Assembly: GCA_031422435.1 (NCBI GenBank)
Contig: JANPLU010000030.1
Span: 32,001 to 96,000, forward strand
Reading direction: 5' to 3'
DNA length: 64,000 nt
Source of the DNA: Acaryochloridaceae cyanobacterium VAR_48_metabat_390
GTDB lineage: Bacteria; Cyanobacteriota; Cyanobacteriia; Thermosynechococcales; Thermosynechococcaceae
In this document: positions 1 to 10,295 of the stretch, piece after piece
How the letters are laid out: every line of letters begins with the position of its first letter
Position numbering within the stretch: position 1 is the stretch's first letter
The notes under the pieces: model-generated
Told to the model about the DNA's origin: nothing
Databases searched by the model: none
Seen by the model: only the letters and a program-made list of their open reading frames with translations
Program-made: the position numbers and the translations under genes

Positions 1-183
1 CTTCAGCGGCGGTTAAGGGTTCCAGCACAGGTGCTCCGTAGAGTTTTCATATTTATTTCATTATTATGACGGCACTTTGGAGTTTTCGCTGCTGATTTTT
101 AGTAAGGCTCTATCTGGACTGCAAACCTTACAATAAAAAATAGCGGCAACTGCCGTGCTTAAAGCACTACAGAAACATCAAGC

Positions 184-783
184 ATGGGATCTCATCTGCG
201 ATTTATATTGGCGTCTGCTTCTCCTGCCCGTCGTCAGCTCCTCACAACCATCGGCATTGAGGCTGAGGTGCAGCCCAGTCGCTTTGATGAGTCTACGATT
301 GAGACGGCTAATCCAATCGATTTGGTGCAAAAGCTAGCCTTCGAGAAAGCGCATCTCATTGCACAACAGCATTCTTCCGCGCTCGTTTTGGGCTGTGATT
401 CGGTGATGACCCTAGACGGCGAAATTTTTGGCAAGCCGAATGGTCGTGCAGAGGCGATCTCCCGATGGCGGCAGATGTGCGGGCGCACGGGTGAGCTATA
501 CACAGGCCATGCCTTGTTTGACCTGTATCAAAACCGCAATATTGTGCGCTACCAAAAAACCTTGGTTGAGTTTGCGCTCGTGAGCGAACGTCAGATTGAA
601 GCCTATGTTGACACCCATGAACCACTACAGTGCGCCGGATGTTTTGCCCTAGACGGTAAAGGTGGCTTATTTGTAGAGCAAATTCACGGGTGTCATAGCA
701 ACGTGATTGGGCTAAGTCTGCCCTTGCTGCGGCAAATGCTTGCCGGCTTAAGCTATGACGTGACGGATTTTTGGAATCGTTAA
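184..783 (+). CDS. maf: Maf family nucleoside triphosphate pyrophosphatase
   Basis: [14 protein letters not shown]-terminus, GCDSV, GKP and HSNVIGLSL motifs. Confidence 0.95.
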   Translation: MGSHLRFILASASPARRQLLTTIGIEAEVQPSRFDESTIETANPIDLVQKLAFEKAHLIAQQHSSALVLGCDSVMTLDGEIFGKPNGRAEAISRWRQMCGRTGELYTGHALFDLYQNRNIVRYQKTLVEFALVSERQIEAYVDTHEPLQCAGCFALDGKGGLFVEQIHGCHSNVIGLSLPLLRQMLAGLSYDVTDFWNR

Positions 784-786
784 AAA

Positions 787-1326
787 CTAGCGCTTCACTA
801 CAACAGGGGTACCCACTGCCACCAGTGAAAACAGCTCTTCCACATCTTTTTCAAACATACGGACGCAGCCGTGAGATGCCGCCGTACCAATGCTGCTAAC
901 GCTATTGGTGCCGTGGAACCCAGCCCAGTTTTTGCCATCTTTATGAAAACCCATCCAGCGGCGACCTAAAGGATTATCGCGATCGCCCCCCGAAATCACC
1001 TCCCCCGTGAAGGGATTAATCCAAACGGGGTCACGATACATGGTTTCAACTTTAAAAGTGCCCGTTGGCGTTTCCCATCCTGCACGACCGACGGCAACAG
1101 GATAAGTTTTAAAGGCTAGTCCGGCTCGAAATAAGGTGACTTTTCGATCAGACAGGTCAAGTTCTAGACGCAGTGGCGCAACCAAAGGCGGAAGGTAGGC
1201 GCTAACGCCCGATAACCCTGGAAAACGCGTGGGTGGCTCTAGTTCAAAAGCCTGCCCAACGCTGGGGAGTGACAGAACAGATGCTGCAAGGACGAATCCT
1301 AAACTTCTAAGAGCTTTGTGATACAT
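787..1326 (-). CDS. L,D-transpeptidase (YkuD/ErfK family), secreted
   Basis: Signal peptide, YPVAVGR..TPTG, GFHGT...SHGCVRM catalytic motif. Confidence 0.93.
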   Translation of the reverse strand: MYHKALRSLGFVLAASVLSLPSVGQAFELEPPTRFPGLSGVSAYLPPLVAPLRLELDLSDRKVTLFRAGLAFKTYPVAVGRAGWETPTGTFKVETMYRDPVWINPFTGEVISGGDRDNPLGRRWMGFHKDGKNWAGFHGTNSVSSIGTAASHGCVRMFEKDVEELFSLVAVGTPVVVKR

Positions 1327-1434
1327 GTACCCAAGACCGCTTTTATCTAAAAATTAGAACACTTTCAAAACTATCCTAGTCGATCCATCTCGTTTGATCT
1401 GTTAAAAAACTCAGGACTTTTTTCAGGAATTCGG

Positions 1435-2145
1435 TCATTTTTCTGAGAATGGCGGCTCTGGCGCGAGCCAATGCGCGTAGAGATCGGGGCGGCGATCGCG
1501 CGTTCTTTGAATCTGCTGTGCTTTTCGCCAGCGCTCAATTTCGCCATGATTTCCTGACCTTAAAATCTCTGGCACTTCCCACCCTCGGAAATTTGCTGGA
1601 CGAGTGTACTGGGGGTAGTCTAGCAGTCCCGCCTCAAAGCTCTCGAACTTGAGGGAATCCTCCTTAGCGACCGTACCAGGCAGCAGCCGCAGCACACCGT
1701 TGAGGAGCGCCAGCGCCGGAATTTCTCCACAGGTCAACACAAAGTCGCCCAGAGAAACCTCCCGCGTTACTAAGTGATCCACCACGCGTTCATCTACCCC
1801 TTCGTAGTGACCGCAGAGTAAAACAAGCTGTTCCTGATGTTGAGACAATTCTTGAAACAGCGCCTGATTCATGGGTTGCCCTTGAGGGGTTAAAAAAATT
1901 ACCTCTCGTTTAGGGAAAACGGGCAAAGATTCGACTGCCGCAAAAATGGGTTCAGGCTTCATAAGCATCCCCACGCCGCCGCCGTAGGTTTCATCATCTA
2001 CCCGATGATGTTTATCGGTGGTGAAGTCTCGTGGGTTGGTGAGGTAAACTTCTGCAATTCCTTTGCTAAGTGCTTTGCCAATGAGTCCAGACCCCAGCGG
2101 CGACTCAAAAAAATCAGGAAACAGAGTGACAATATCAAACCGCAC
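1435..2145 (-). CDS. trmD: tRNA (guanine-N1)-methyltransferase
   Basis: MRFDIVTLFP, VDDETYGGGVGM, CGHYEGVDER, SLGDFVLTCGE, YPQYTRP. Confidence 0.97.
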   Translation of the reverse strand: MRFDIVTLFPDFFESPLGSGLIGKALSKGIAEVYLTNPRDFTTDKHHRVDDETYGGGVGMLMKPEPIFAAVESLPVFPKREVIFLTPQGQPMNQALFQELSQHQEQLVLLCGHYEGVDERVVDHLVTREVSLGDFVLTCGEIPALALLNGVLRLLPGTVAKEDSLKFESFEAGLLDYPQYTRPANFRGWEVPEILRSGNHGEIERWRKAQQIQRTRDRRPDLYAHWLAPEPPFSEK

Positions 2146-2687
2146 GATAAACCTTCAGAACACCTGTCAATCCATTATTAAGCGAAACATCCCTCTTTAC
2201 GCCCAAAGGCGATCATGGTGAGATTAATGCTCCGTTTCTGTCCACTGCACGCGCTCTGGGTCGTGCAAGTTGATGCCATCCCAATCGTGATGCGGCGTTG
2301 TCTATATTCCGTAGAACCACAGCATTGACCAAGTGATTACAAGGCATTATCGTCTCGAACCATGACTATCCCGTTGGTGTTTAGTGAGTCATGTCATAAC
2401 CGCATGTCAGTCAAAGCACATAGAAAATGCCCGCAATGGCTGCAATCACTGCAAGTGGGGAAGGTCAGTCGCTGACTAGGCTAACGTTACTAAAAAATAA
2501 TAAATTCTCAATATCTTTTGTCTATTTTTACAAAAAAAATCGCAAAAATCATAGTTAAAACTAGTATTTAGATCCTAGATTTTTAATGTATTCTGAACTT
2601 TAGCAATAGAAAATTAACTTACAGCATAAATCATGCTTTTGAATACAATTTTCCGAGGGTAAAATCACTGCACCTACTGCTGCCGCG

Positions 2688-2894
2688 TTAGGTTGATAAA
2701 TCTACTAAAGCATCACGCTGAAATCGAATTACCCGCGCTAAAGACAGTCGGTAATGCTCTGAGGGGCATACCGTCAAGGCAATGCTGCCTTGACCTGAAT
2801 CTTCAACCTGGCGTACGGTGCAAACTTGCTGCTTGTTGTTGCAATAGGCCAAAATGCGATCGCCCATCCGAATTTCCATCGCCTGAATTTTCAT
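2688..2894 (-). CDS. Small hypothetical protein (68 aa, beta-rich, SH3/KOW-like)
   Basis: ATG start with GAGG/AGGA RBS; last gene of the co-oriented rbp-rpsU run. Confidence 0.65.
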   Translation of the reverse strand: MKIQAMEIRMGDRILAYCNNKQQVCTVRQVEDSGQGSIALTVCPSEHYRLSLARVIRFQRDALVDLST

Positions 2895-2956
2895 CGTTCC
2901 TTACCTCAGTAATCAGCCTTAATCCAATGACTCCTAAAGCATAGGATTTGTCCTAC

Positions 2957-3298
2957 CTATACGGGCATCTCCAGCTTTGGATTTTCTGAACTTATCACCC
3001 CATCTGGCAGAGTGGCACCGTGTAGAAATGCCTCATCCAAGGTAGTATCCTTGAGATCTGCGCCGCTCAAGTTGGCCTTGACAAAGTTCGTCTCTATTAA
3101 GTTGGTTTGAGCCAAATTGGCTCCCGCTAAATTAGCGTGACTCAAATTGGCCTTTGTTAGATTTGCCTTGGTTAAATTTGCACCACTCAGATTTGCGCCA
3201 CTTAGATTCGCGCTCCTAAGATTTGCCGCAATCAGGTTTACATTCTTAAAATCTCTCTGCCCTGCTGCATATCGGCTCAGAAGTTCATTTGTATTCAT
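2957..3298 (-). CDS. Pentapeptide repeat protein
   Basis: MNTNELLSRYAAGQRDF start followed by A(N/D)LxX repeats; start moved to the ATG at 3298 because the longer ORF overlaps rpsU. Confidence 0.9.
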   Translation of the reverse strand: MNTNELLSRYAAGQRDFKNVNLIAANLRSANLSGANLSGANLTKANLTKANLSHANLAGANLAQTNLIETNFVKANLSGADLKDTTLDEAFLHGATLPDGVISSENPKLEMPV

Positions 3299-3359
3299 AA
3301 AAAATCCAATAAAAGTGCCTGTACTCAGAAGCATCAATACCAGCCGCGCTAGCCCATCG

Positions 3360-3548
3360 TTAAAACCGAAACTGTTTTCTGCGCTGCTTATGTTTTGCAA
3401 TTTCTTTGCGCTTGCGCTTCTCAATCGGCGTTTCAAAATGACGATGCTTTTTCATGTCTTGAAAAATACCTGCCTTAGAAACTTCTCGCTTAAAGCGACG
3501 GAGTACCGACTCAACGCCTTCACTTTCGCCAGGAACAATTTGGGTCAT
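3360..3548 (-). CDS. rpsU: 30S ribosomal protein S21
   Basis: [35 protein letters not shown]. Confidence 0.95.
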   Translation of the reverse strand: MTQIVPGESEGVESVLRRFKREVSKAGIFQDMKKHRHFETPIEKRKRKEIAKHKQRRKQFRF

Positions 3549-3609
3549 TTAAATACTTCCTTACAGGGTAGGTCTTTAGGCTGTTTTAAGACGCTGATCA
3601 GCCTTTACT

Positions 3610-3639
3610 AAAAAGGGGTAGACCCATTGCGTCTACCCC
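3610..3639 (-). terminator. Intrinsic terminator between rbp and rpsU
   Basis: Minus strand GGGGTAGAC-N7-GTCTACCCC followed by TTTTT. Confidence 0.75.
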
Positions 3640-3717
3640 GAAGACCTTAGAGTTTAATCTTTTGTCTAAAGCCTACTCACGATTTGACTGATCAAAGTTT
3701 GATCAATCGCACCGTGC

Positions 3718-3999
3718 TTAGTAGCGACCGCCGCCGCCAAAGGATCCACCTCGATCTTCTCGAGGTTTTGCCTTATTAACCTTTAGGTTGCGTCCCATCC
3801 ATTCCGCGCCATCTAGTGCTTCTATTGCGGCAGTTTCTTCGGCGTCCGTCATCATTTCAACAAAAGCAAACCCACGCAAACGCCCTGTCTCTCGATCAGT
3901 CGGCATTTTAACCTGCTTAACGGTTCCGTACTCTGCAAAGGTTTGATTCAAGTCGTCTTGAGTGACCTCGTAGGACAGATTACCAACATAAATTGACAT
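3718..3999 (-). CDS. rbpA: RRM RNA-binding protein (cold-inducible Rbp class, Gly-rich tail)
   Basis: MSIYVGNLSY (RNP2), RGFAFVEM (RNP1), GGGGRY tail. Confidence 0.95.
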   Translation of the reverse strand: MSIYVGNLSYEVTQDDLNQTFAEYGTVKQVKMPTDRETGRLRGFAFVEMMTDAEETAAIEALDGAEWMGRNLKVNKAKPREDRGGSFGGGGRY

Positions 4000-4080
4000 A
4001 AAGCATTTCCAGAATCAAGGGGATGAAGGGGGTTAGATCCGGAGAAACGCTGATTAGACGAATTACACAGCCGAAAATAA
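4000..4080 (-). promoter_or_regulatory. Conserved rbp 5'-UTR boxes
   Basis: Minus strand has TTCGGCTG and TCTCCGGA, resembling the conserved boxes of cyanobacterial cold-induced rbp leaders (from recall). Confidence 0.5.
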
Positions 4081-4288
4081 TCTTTAGCCTGCATCCTAAC
4101 ACAATCAAGCCTTTGGCAGTTGCGGTAGGAATAATTCGCCCTCTCAGCATCTGGGGCTATGAGGATTCTGGCTTTCTCATATTTCAATTTAAGAACCCTT
4201 GCCTCAATTCACAATTGGAAATTTTGCCTTATCACCAGAAGCCAAGATTCCCCATAATAGAGGGTGCACCCGTCACGAACCCTGAACC

Positions 4289-5179
4289 ATGAAAGTTACG
4301 TCTGTTACTCCCCCCATTCAGTGGTATCCAGGGCACATTGCAAAAGCTGAGAAGAATCTTCTAGAACAGCTTAAGCGGGTTGATGTTGTGCTAGAAGTGC
4401 GAGATGCCCGCATTCCTTTAGCCAGCACTCACCCTCAGGTGCAGGAATGGATTGGCGAAAAGCCTAGAATTTTAGTTCTCAACCGCGTTGATTTAATTAG
4501 CCCTAAAGCGGCTGAACTCTGGAGAGACTGGTTCCGGCTTCAGGGTGAAAAGCCTTACTATACCGATGCCCAAAATGGTAAAGGCGTAAGTGTTTTAATC
4601 AAGGCAGCTCAAGCCACCGGAGAAAAGCTCAACCAGCGCCGTCGCGATCGCGGCATGAATCCTCGCGCGGTACGAGCGGTCGTCATCGGGTTCCCTAATG
4701 TGGGCAAATCGGCGCTCATTAACCGCTTACTCAATCGTCGCGTGGTAGAGAGTGCCCGCAAACCAGGGGTAACGCGTCAACTGCGCTGGGTACGCATTTC
4801 GCCAGAGCTAAACTTACTGGATGCCCCAGGGGTCTTACCAGGTAGACTGACTGATCAGGATGCTGCTTACCGCCTTGCCATGTGCGACGACATTGGTGAG
4901 GGAGCCTACGATCGCCAGCTTGTTGCAGCGGCACTAATTGAGAAAATCAAGGAAATGGAGACACATAACCAGAATTGGCAACGTTGGATTCCACAGTCTC
5001 CGCTCCAAACGCGGTATGGGGTTGAAATGTCTAACTTTGCCGGAGATGAATATCTGGCGCAGGTAGCGCAAATTAAGTTTCAGGGCGATGTAGAGCGCAC
5101 CGCACATCATATTCTCAACGACTTTCGCAAGGGGATTTTGGGGGCGATCGCCCTAGAAGCGCCTGCGACATCTGCCTAA
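4289..5179 (+). CDS. ylqF: Ribosome biogenesis GTPase YlqF/RbgA
   Basis: IQWYPGHIAKA, EVRDARIP, GFPNVGKS, PGVTR, DAPG. Confidence 0.96.
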   Translation: MKVTSVTPPIQWYPGHIAKAEKNLLEQLKRVDVVLEVRDARIPLASTHPQVQEWIGEKPRILVLNRVDLISPKAAELWRDWFRLQGEKPYYTDAQNGKGVSVLIKAAQATGEKLNQRRRDRGMNPRAVRAVVIGFPNVGKSALINRLLNRRVVESARKPGVTRQLRWVRISPELNLLDAPGVLPGRLTDQDAAYRLAMCDDIGEGAYDRQLVAAALIEKIKEMETHNQNWQRWIPQSPLQTRYGVEMSNFAGDEYLAQVAQIKFQGDVERTAHHILNDFRKGILGAIALEAPATSA

Positions 5180-5342
5180 AAACAAGCTCAAACGGCAGTG
5201 ACGACTCAAAAAGTTGCATTTTGTAACAAATGTCTTTGAAAGTCCATCACACAGTAGCTTAGGGCTGGTATGAAACCGACATGCTTCGTTATGATTAACA
5301 TAAGTTAATAAAACTAATTAAACGGAGTTAAAGCGGTAAATC

Positions 5343-5636
5343 ATGGCAGATCCCTTTTTTTTGGATCCCGATGAAGCAAAGTCTATGGGCGACATAGACT
5401 ATATGAGAACTGCCAGGAAGGTAAAGAAGAGCTATCCCACAACAAAAGCTTGGGGCGCTGGATTTGAGGAAGAGACCATAACCTCTGCAATTAAGAAAGG
5501 GGTGGCACAACCTTCGACATTTGAAATTGAGCAAAAAGCGACTGAAGCGCTGAAGCCAGAGGTGACAGAGCGTCGTAAAAGTGCTTCTGACCTAGATATG
5601 TTTCGCAATATGGCTAAGGATATTCGCAAGAAGTAG
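5343..5636 (+). CDS. Conserved cyanobacterial hypothetical protein
   Basis: FFLDPDEAKSMGDIDYMR...DMFRNMAKDI; followed by a terminator. Confidence 0.75.
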   Translation: MADPFFLDPDEAKSMGDIDYMRTARKVKKSYPTTKAWGAGFEEETITSAIKKGVAQPSTFEIEQKATEALKPEVTERRKSASDLDMFRNMAKDIRKK

Positions 5637-5667
5637 CCACTTAATGCGGATTCTCAAGTTTTGATGG

Positions 5668-5702
5668 GTTGGCTGTGCTGATTTAAGTGCAGCCAACTTT
5701 TT
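5668..5702 (+). terminator. Intrinsic terminator
   Basis: GTTGGCTG...CAGCCAAC followed by TTTTT. Confidence 0.6.
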
Positions 5703-5711
5703 ATGTTTTTG

Positions 5712-6704
5712 CTAAGCGCTTCTCTGCTCCAATATTTTAAGCACCTTCAAAAACTCAGGCGGCAAGGGCGCTTCAACCTGAATCCATGCTTCGGTGATAG
5801 GATGCTGAACGCTTAAGCGCCACGCATGGAGTACCTGACCCGTGAGGTTTACGCCAATCTCTCTACCCCTGCCATACAGCGGGTCGCCCACAATAGAGCA
5901 GCATAGATCGGCACAATGGACGCGAATTTGATGGGTGCGACCCGTTTCTAAGCGAAAATGCATCAGCGTAAAATTGCCGAGTCGCTGTTTAATCTCCCAA
6001 TGGGTTCTAGCAGCGCGTCCACCTTTTTCTTCTGGCACGATCGCCATTTTTTTGCGGTCTATCGGGTGCCTGCCAATGGGACGATCAATAATGCCCGATT
6101 CTTGAGGTGGCTTACCGTAAACAACTCCCAAGTATTCTCTTTGGGCGGTTTTAGCCTGGATTTGAGCCTGTAAATGCTGGTGTGCCTGGTCTGTTTTTGC
6201 AATGACCAATGCGCCACTAGTATCTTTATCGAGCCGATGCACAATACCCGGTCGCTGAACGCCGCCGATTCCTGAAAGGCTAGTCTCTAGTTTATCTGCT
6301 GACTGGCAGTGTGACAGCAGCGCATGGACTAACGTTCCGGTGGCATGACCGGGCGCTGGGTGAACAACAGTCCCGATGGGCTTATTCAAAATAATGAGGT
6401 GGGCATCTTCGTAGAGAATGTCTAGCGCAATGTCCTCCGGCTCTAGATTCAGCGCCGTGGGCGGTGGTACCGTAACCGTAATCACATCACCTGGCTGCAC
6501 TTCATACTTTTTGGAGTCACACGGTGCGTGATTGACCTGTACTTGTCCTTGGTCGATGAGCTTTTGAAGCTGCGATCGCGATAAGTCTGCTGCCTCAGAT
6601 GCCAACCAACGGTCAAGCCTTTGCCCTTGCGCGATGTCGCCTGTAGCCTGATACTCGCGCAAAGTAAAAGCAGCAGTGAGAGAGTGAGACGTGAATCCAG
6701 TCAT
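5712..6704 (-). CDS. rluD: RluA-family pseudouridine synthase (RluD-like, with S4 domain)
   Basis: RLDRWL..SRS S4 domain, RPGIVHRLDKDTSG, LETGRTHQIRVH; start set at ATG 6704. Confidence 0.93.
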   Translation of the reverse strand: MTGFTSHSLTAAFTLREYQATGDIAQGQRLDRWLASEAADLSRSQLQKLIDQGQVQVNHAPCDSKKYEVQPGDVITVTVPPPTALNLEPEDIALDILYEDAHLIILNKPIGTVVHPAPGHATGTLVHALLSHCQSADKLETSLSGIGGVQRPGIVHRLDKDTSGALVIAKTDQAHQHLQAQIQAKTAQREYLGVVYGKPPQESGIIDRPIGRHPIDRKKMAIVPEEKGGRAARTHWEIKQRLGNFTLMHFRLETGRTHQIRVHCADLCCSIVGDPLYGRGREIGVNLTGQVLHAWRLSVQHPITEAWIQVEAPLPPEFLKVLKILEQRSA

Positions 6705-6711
6705 CAATTTT

Positions 6712-7146
6712 TTACGAATTTTGAGGAAAAAATGCAGCAGGAGAAATGTGAAAAAACTGAGCCAACTCCTGAATGTGACGCGTTGTGAGCTGGCGACGAC
6801 CATGCAACACATCAGAAATAATAGATTCCGTGCGAAAGATGGGAACTAAATCCTTTTGCTTAAGCGATCGCTCTTCAATCAAAACCGTTAGCAACGCTAC
6901 ACCGTAAATATCCGGTAGCGGCTCTAGAGTTTGCTCATACTCATAAACCAAAGTTGCTAAAACATTCAGGTAGTCCTTTTCTTCTGGGGTTAGCGAACCT
7001 CGATCAATCAAAGAATCAATTACTGCCTGTACCGCTTCGAGTTGAGCTTCAGAACGAATCGGACGCGGTGCAAAGCGCTGAAGCAGGGAAATATAGGCAT
7101 CGGAGCTACTGGAACCAACCGTCGTGCTTCCACTTATTTTTGTCAT
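6712..7146 (-). CDS. higA: HigA-type antitoxin (HTH)
   Basis: PRPIRSE, LNVLATLVYEYE, C-terminal XRE HTH; overlaps the toxin gene. Confidence 0.85.
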   Translation of the reverse strand: MTKISGSTTVGSSSSDAYISLLQRFAPRPIRSEAQLEAVQAVIDSLIDRGSLTPEEKDYLNVLATLVYEYEQTLEPLPDIYGVALLTVLIEERSLKQKDLVPIFRTESIISDVLHGRRQLTTRHIQELAQFFHISPAAFFPQNS

Positions 7147-7408
7147 AATCTGCGTGGGTTAAAAAATCGCGAATAAAGACCTTTTTGCTCTCATAGTCAA
7201 TGTATGTGATGAGCCGATAGTGATTGCCTGCAATATTAAAGACTGTAAAATTCTTGACTGAATCAGCGGAAGGAAAGGTTTTACGAGTTTCAGCAAGGTT
7301 CTGCCAGCTTGCCTTACTAACCAGCTTAAGCCATGTCTGCAAAGACGATTGTGCTTGTGGGTAAAGCGCACAATACTTTTTAAGCCGAGAGGTACTGATG
7401 ATATGCAC
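7106..7408 (-). CDS. higB: HigB-type toxin
   Basis: MHIIS, FPSAD.V...VFNIAGNHYRLI, FLTHADYDK. Confidence 0.9.
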   Translation of the reverse strand: MHIISTSRLKKYCALYPQAQSSLQTWLKLVSKASWQNLAETRKTFPSADSVKNFTVFNIAGNHYRLITYIDYESKKVFIRDFLTHADYDKNKWKHDGWFQ

Positions 7409-7462
7409 AAAGCTTATTTGTGGAGAACATAAGCTAGAGGTGTGCTTTAGTCATCAGTAATC

Positions 7463-7693
7463 TTAGCAATATGCGAATTTCTTTGCAATAGCGTTGCTGT
7501 AAGGGGCACAGCCCAAAACAAAACCCTCAGGAACATTTCCTGAGGGTTTTATAGAGCCTTTGTCATCAGACTTAAGACGTTTGCGAAGCTGCTGAGTTTG
7601 CTTTTTGAGCTGTCTAACGCGTTCAGAAGCCTGCTTAGACTTACTATTGCGTCGCGGCCCACTGCGGGGCGACTCCCAAGATTTAAGGCGCAT
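7463..7693 (-). CDS. Small basic conserved hypothetical protein
   Basis: MRLKSWESPR...RQLKKQTQQLRKRLK; start and C-terminus uncertain because a hairpin lies within the 3' end. Confidence 0.5.
   Translation of the reverse strand: MRLKSWESPRSGPRRNSKSKQASERVRQLKKQTQQLRKRLKSDDKGSIKPSGNVPEGFVLGCAPYSNAIAKKFAYC
7520..7550. terminator. Bidirectional-type hairpin (14-bp perfect stem)
   Basis: AAAACCCTCAGGAA-CAT-TTCCTGAGGGTTTT. Confidence 0.65.
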
Positions 7694-7800
7694 AGAATAA
7701 TTAACCAAACGCTGCGTTGCCATTCTAGCAAATTAATCTCCCCACCCAAAACCCAGAACAAAGTCACAATAGAAGCTGAACGACAAACATTCTCCACACC

Positions 7801-8703
7801 ATGACCGTCAGCATCCTTAGCAAATCTCAAGCACATCAATGGCAGTGGCAAGGTCACACCATTCGCTACCAGTCCACAGGTTCGGCTGGGCCTGTGTTGG
7901 TCTTAATCCACGGCTTTGGGGCATCTTCTGACCACTGGCGCAAAAATTTGCCGGAATTGGGCGTAAACCATCGCGTGTATGCGATCGACCTTCTCGGCTT
8001 TGGCCTTTCTGCTAAACCTACGCCCACTCCAGCGCTAACGTATACCTTTGAAACCTGGGCGCAGCTCGTCCTAGAGTTGAGCCAACAGGTCATTGGTGAA
8101 CCCGTATTCCTCGTCGGCAACTCCATCGGCTGCATCGTTGCGCTTCAGGCCGCCGTGACTGCTCCCCATCAAGTTTTGGGCGTCGTCATGCTCAACTGTT
8201 CCTTGCGGATGCTCCACGAACGCAAGCGTCAAGCACTCCCGTGGCCTCAGCGCACTTTTTCGCCGTGGTTTCAGAAAATTCTGGCAGTGCGCCCCATTGG
8301 TCATTTCTTCTTCGGGCGATTGGCGCGTCCTTCTGTCGTTCGCAGCATTCTTCAAAAAGCATACGCCCGTACCGAAGCCGTGACCGATGAGCTGATTGAA
8401 CTGTTGATGCGTCCTGCCCAAGACTCTGGCGCAGCCGACGTATTTTTAGCCTTTATCCAATACTCCCACGGCCCTCTTGCCGAAGACTTACTGCCGCAGT
8501 TGAGCTGCCCAGTGCTGTGTATTTGGGGTACTCAAGACCCCTGGGAACCTATCCATCTCGGTAAAGCCTATGGTGAGTTTTCAGCAGTGACGGACTTTAT
8601 CGCCCTAGAAGGCGTAGGCCACTGTCCTCAAGATGAAGCCCCCGAACAGGTCAATCTTCTCATTGAGAACTGGATCGCCCAGCAGAGAATAGTGTCATCC
8701 TAG
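7801..8703 (+). CDS. Alpha/beta fold hydrolase
   Basis: HGFGAS, GNSIG nucleophile elbow, WGTQDPW, GHCPQDE. Confidence 0.93.
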   Translation: MTVSILSKSQAHQWQWQGHTIRYQSTGSAGPVLVLIHGFGASSDHWRKNLPELGVNHRVYAIDLLGFGLSAKPTPTPALTYTFETWAQLVLELSQQVIGEPVFLVGNSIGCIVALQAAVTAPHQVLGVVMLNCSLRMLHERKRQALPWPQRTFSPWFQKILAVRPIGHFFFGRLARPSVVRSILQKAYARTEAVTDELIELLMRPAQDSGAADVFLAFIQYSHGPLAEDLLPQLSCPVLCIWGTQDPWEPIHLGKAYGEFSAVTDFIALEGVGHCPQDEAPEQVNLLIENWIAQQRIVSS

Positions 8704-8900
8704 ATGGATGCTTCAGCAGTCTCTGTCATTTCGACGAGAAAACCTTTCTCTAATAAGGCTTGGACATCTAAGCTATTCATCTTCAGGTTTTTCCACAGCC
8801 TGTCATGGATCTCATGATTTAAACCTGGTTCAAAGCTTACAGGGCCAAAAAAGCTGTTGAACACGACTTTATGACCGAGCTTACTTTCAACAACAGCCAT
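8700..8900 (-). CDS. Small hypothetical protein
   Basis: 66 aa, AGGAG RBS, downstream of lspA. Confidence 0.6.
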   Translation of the reverse strand: MAVVESKLGHKVVFNSFFGPVSFEPGLNHEIHDRLWKNLKMNSLDVQALLEKGFLVEMTETAEASI

Positions 8901-8947
8901 TTTTACTTCTCCTGATTTTCTGTACTTTGAACAAAATCTCTTTCAGC

Positions 8948-9439
8948 TTAATCAGTGATGGAGGGCGGCTTACTCGCTTCAGGCTTACGCCACAGCGAAA
9001 TAAATAAGCAAACTAAACCGATATTAATGGCGACATCCGCCAGGTTAAAGACCGGAAAGTTAATAAGCCGAAAATCTAAGAAATCTACAACATGCCCCAT
9101 CAACAATCGATCAACCCCATTTCCGGCAGCGCCACCCAGCAAAAAACCATAGCCAGCCTGTTCCCAAGCTCGTAGGGGAGCACCAAACAGGCCATAGTAA
9201 ACAAGCGCTAACGTCACTATCAACGACAGCCACCGCAGCCAGCCCTCCCCTTGAAACATGCTAAACGCTGCCCCACGGTTTACGACATAGGTAAGATGAA
9301 AAACCCCTTTCAGTAGCGACCACGATTCAGGTGGATTGCTAAGCTGAAAGTTTGCGACCACCCATTGTTTTGATAAATAATCCAGCAAAAAACTCAGTAC
9401 GGCAGACAGCCAAAACATGGGATTTTTCTTTAGTTTCAT
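8948..9439 (-). CDS. lspA: Lipoprotein signal peptidase II
   Basis: NRGAAFS, GAAGNGVDR, VVDFL, FPVFNLAD. Confidence 0.96.
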   Translation of the reverse strand: MKLKKNPMFWLSAVLSFLLDYLSKQWVVANFQLSNPPESWSLLKGVFHLTYVVNRGAAFSMFQGEGWLRWLSLIVTLALVYYGLFGAPLRAWEQAGYGFLLGGAAGNGVDRLLMGHVVDFLDFRLINFPVFNLADVAINIGLVCLFISLWRKPEASKPPSITD

Positions 9440-9462
9440 GATCCTATTTGCTCAATGTCCTG

Positions 9463-10074
9463 CTAATAAAACAGCAAAACACGCAGAAGATATGCCAAGG
9501 CCGCGATGGTGCATACAATAATAAATTGACCAGGCAGAGGATAAATGGAGTATTGCAAAACGGCGTTCCACCAGTTGGCTGTGGTAATTCTAAACACTGA
9601 CAGAATCGTCAAGTAGGTCAGCCCAATCAGATGAATTGCCAATAGGCCATATAGACAGCTCGCAATGAGCGTTTCAATGCGCCGTCGCTGCCGGAAAGCA
9701 ACCGTACCGCAGACCCATGCGGCAGGCAGAAACCCTAGCAGGTAGCCAAAGGTAGGCTCCTTTAAGTACACTAGCCCACCCCCGTGGGCAAAAACCTGGA
9801 GACCACTTAACCCCAGAGCCAAGTACGCAATTTGAGAGAGGGTTGCTGTATTTCGACCTGCCATACAGCCCACCAGCAAAACGGCTCCTACCTGTAGCGT
9901 TACGCCGAGAGAGTAGGTCTGCACCTTGCTCCAGTCAATCGGCCACATAAGCTGAGGCAGAGGAATAGACACCTCAATAAAAACGCCGCTGATGGTTAAG
10001 AGTAGACCAATAATAGCCCACAGCATCCTATCGAGCGGAGAGAGTGCCTGTTCATCGGCTACGGGTTGAGTCAT
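9463..10074 (-). CDS. bioY: Biotin transporter BioY
   Basis: YLALGLSGLQVFAHGGG, PTFGYLLGF; start set at ATG 10074. Confidence 0.9.
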   Translation of the reverse strand: MTQPVADEQALSPLDRMLWAIIGLLLTISGVFIEVSIPLPQLMWPIDWSKVQTYSLGVTLQVGAVLLVGCMAGRNTATLSQIAYLALGLSGLQVFAHGGGLVYLKEPTFGYLLGFLPAAWVCGTVAFRQRRRIETLIASCLYGLLAIHLIGLTYLTILSVFRITTANWWNAVLQYSIYPLPGQFIIVCTIAALAYLLRVLLFY

Positions 10075-10295
10075 GGAGGCACCCTGTTCTGTACGAGTCG
10101 AGGCTAGTCTACCCTGAAGTTTACGCACAGACTATTTTTGGGTCGAAATAAACAGCATTGGGCTTGAGATAGGCCATAAAACTTAGGGCAGCTAGGCTAG
10201 CCTGAAAAACGTATTTTAAGAGTCTTCACCCATGAATTTTGGCATTTTAGCATCGTGCTACTCTCTAGCACCAGAACGATGCTAGACTGTTCGTA

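Noticed and set aside
1..28. Possible minus-strand gene start (GTG, MLEPLTAAE) with a GGAG RBS
   Set aside because: Only 9 codons are visible, too little to support
3147..3611. Antisense and shadow ORFs in the track (e.g. 3147-3611, 20064-20561, 52206-52742)
   Set aside because: They overlap well-supported genes and lack family motifs
6705..6812. N-terminal extension of rluD (and similar extensions of the pentapeptide, bioY and TIGR01777 ORFs)
   Set aside because: These overlap neighbouring genes or lack family similarity; downstream starts fit better
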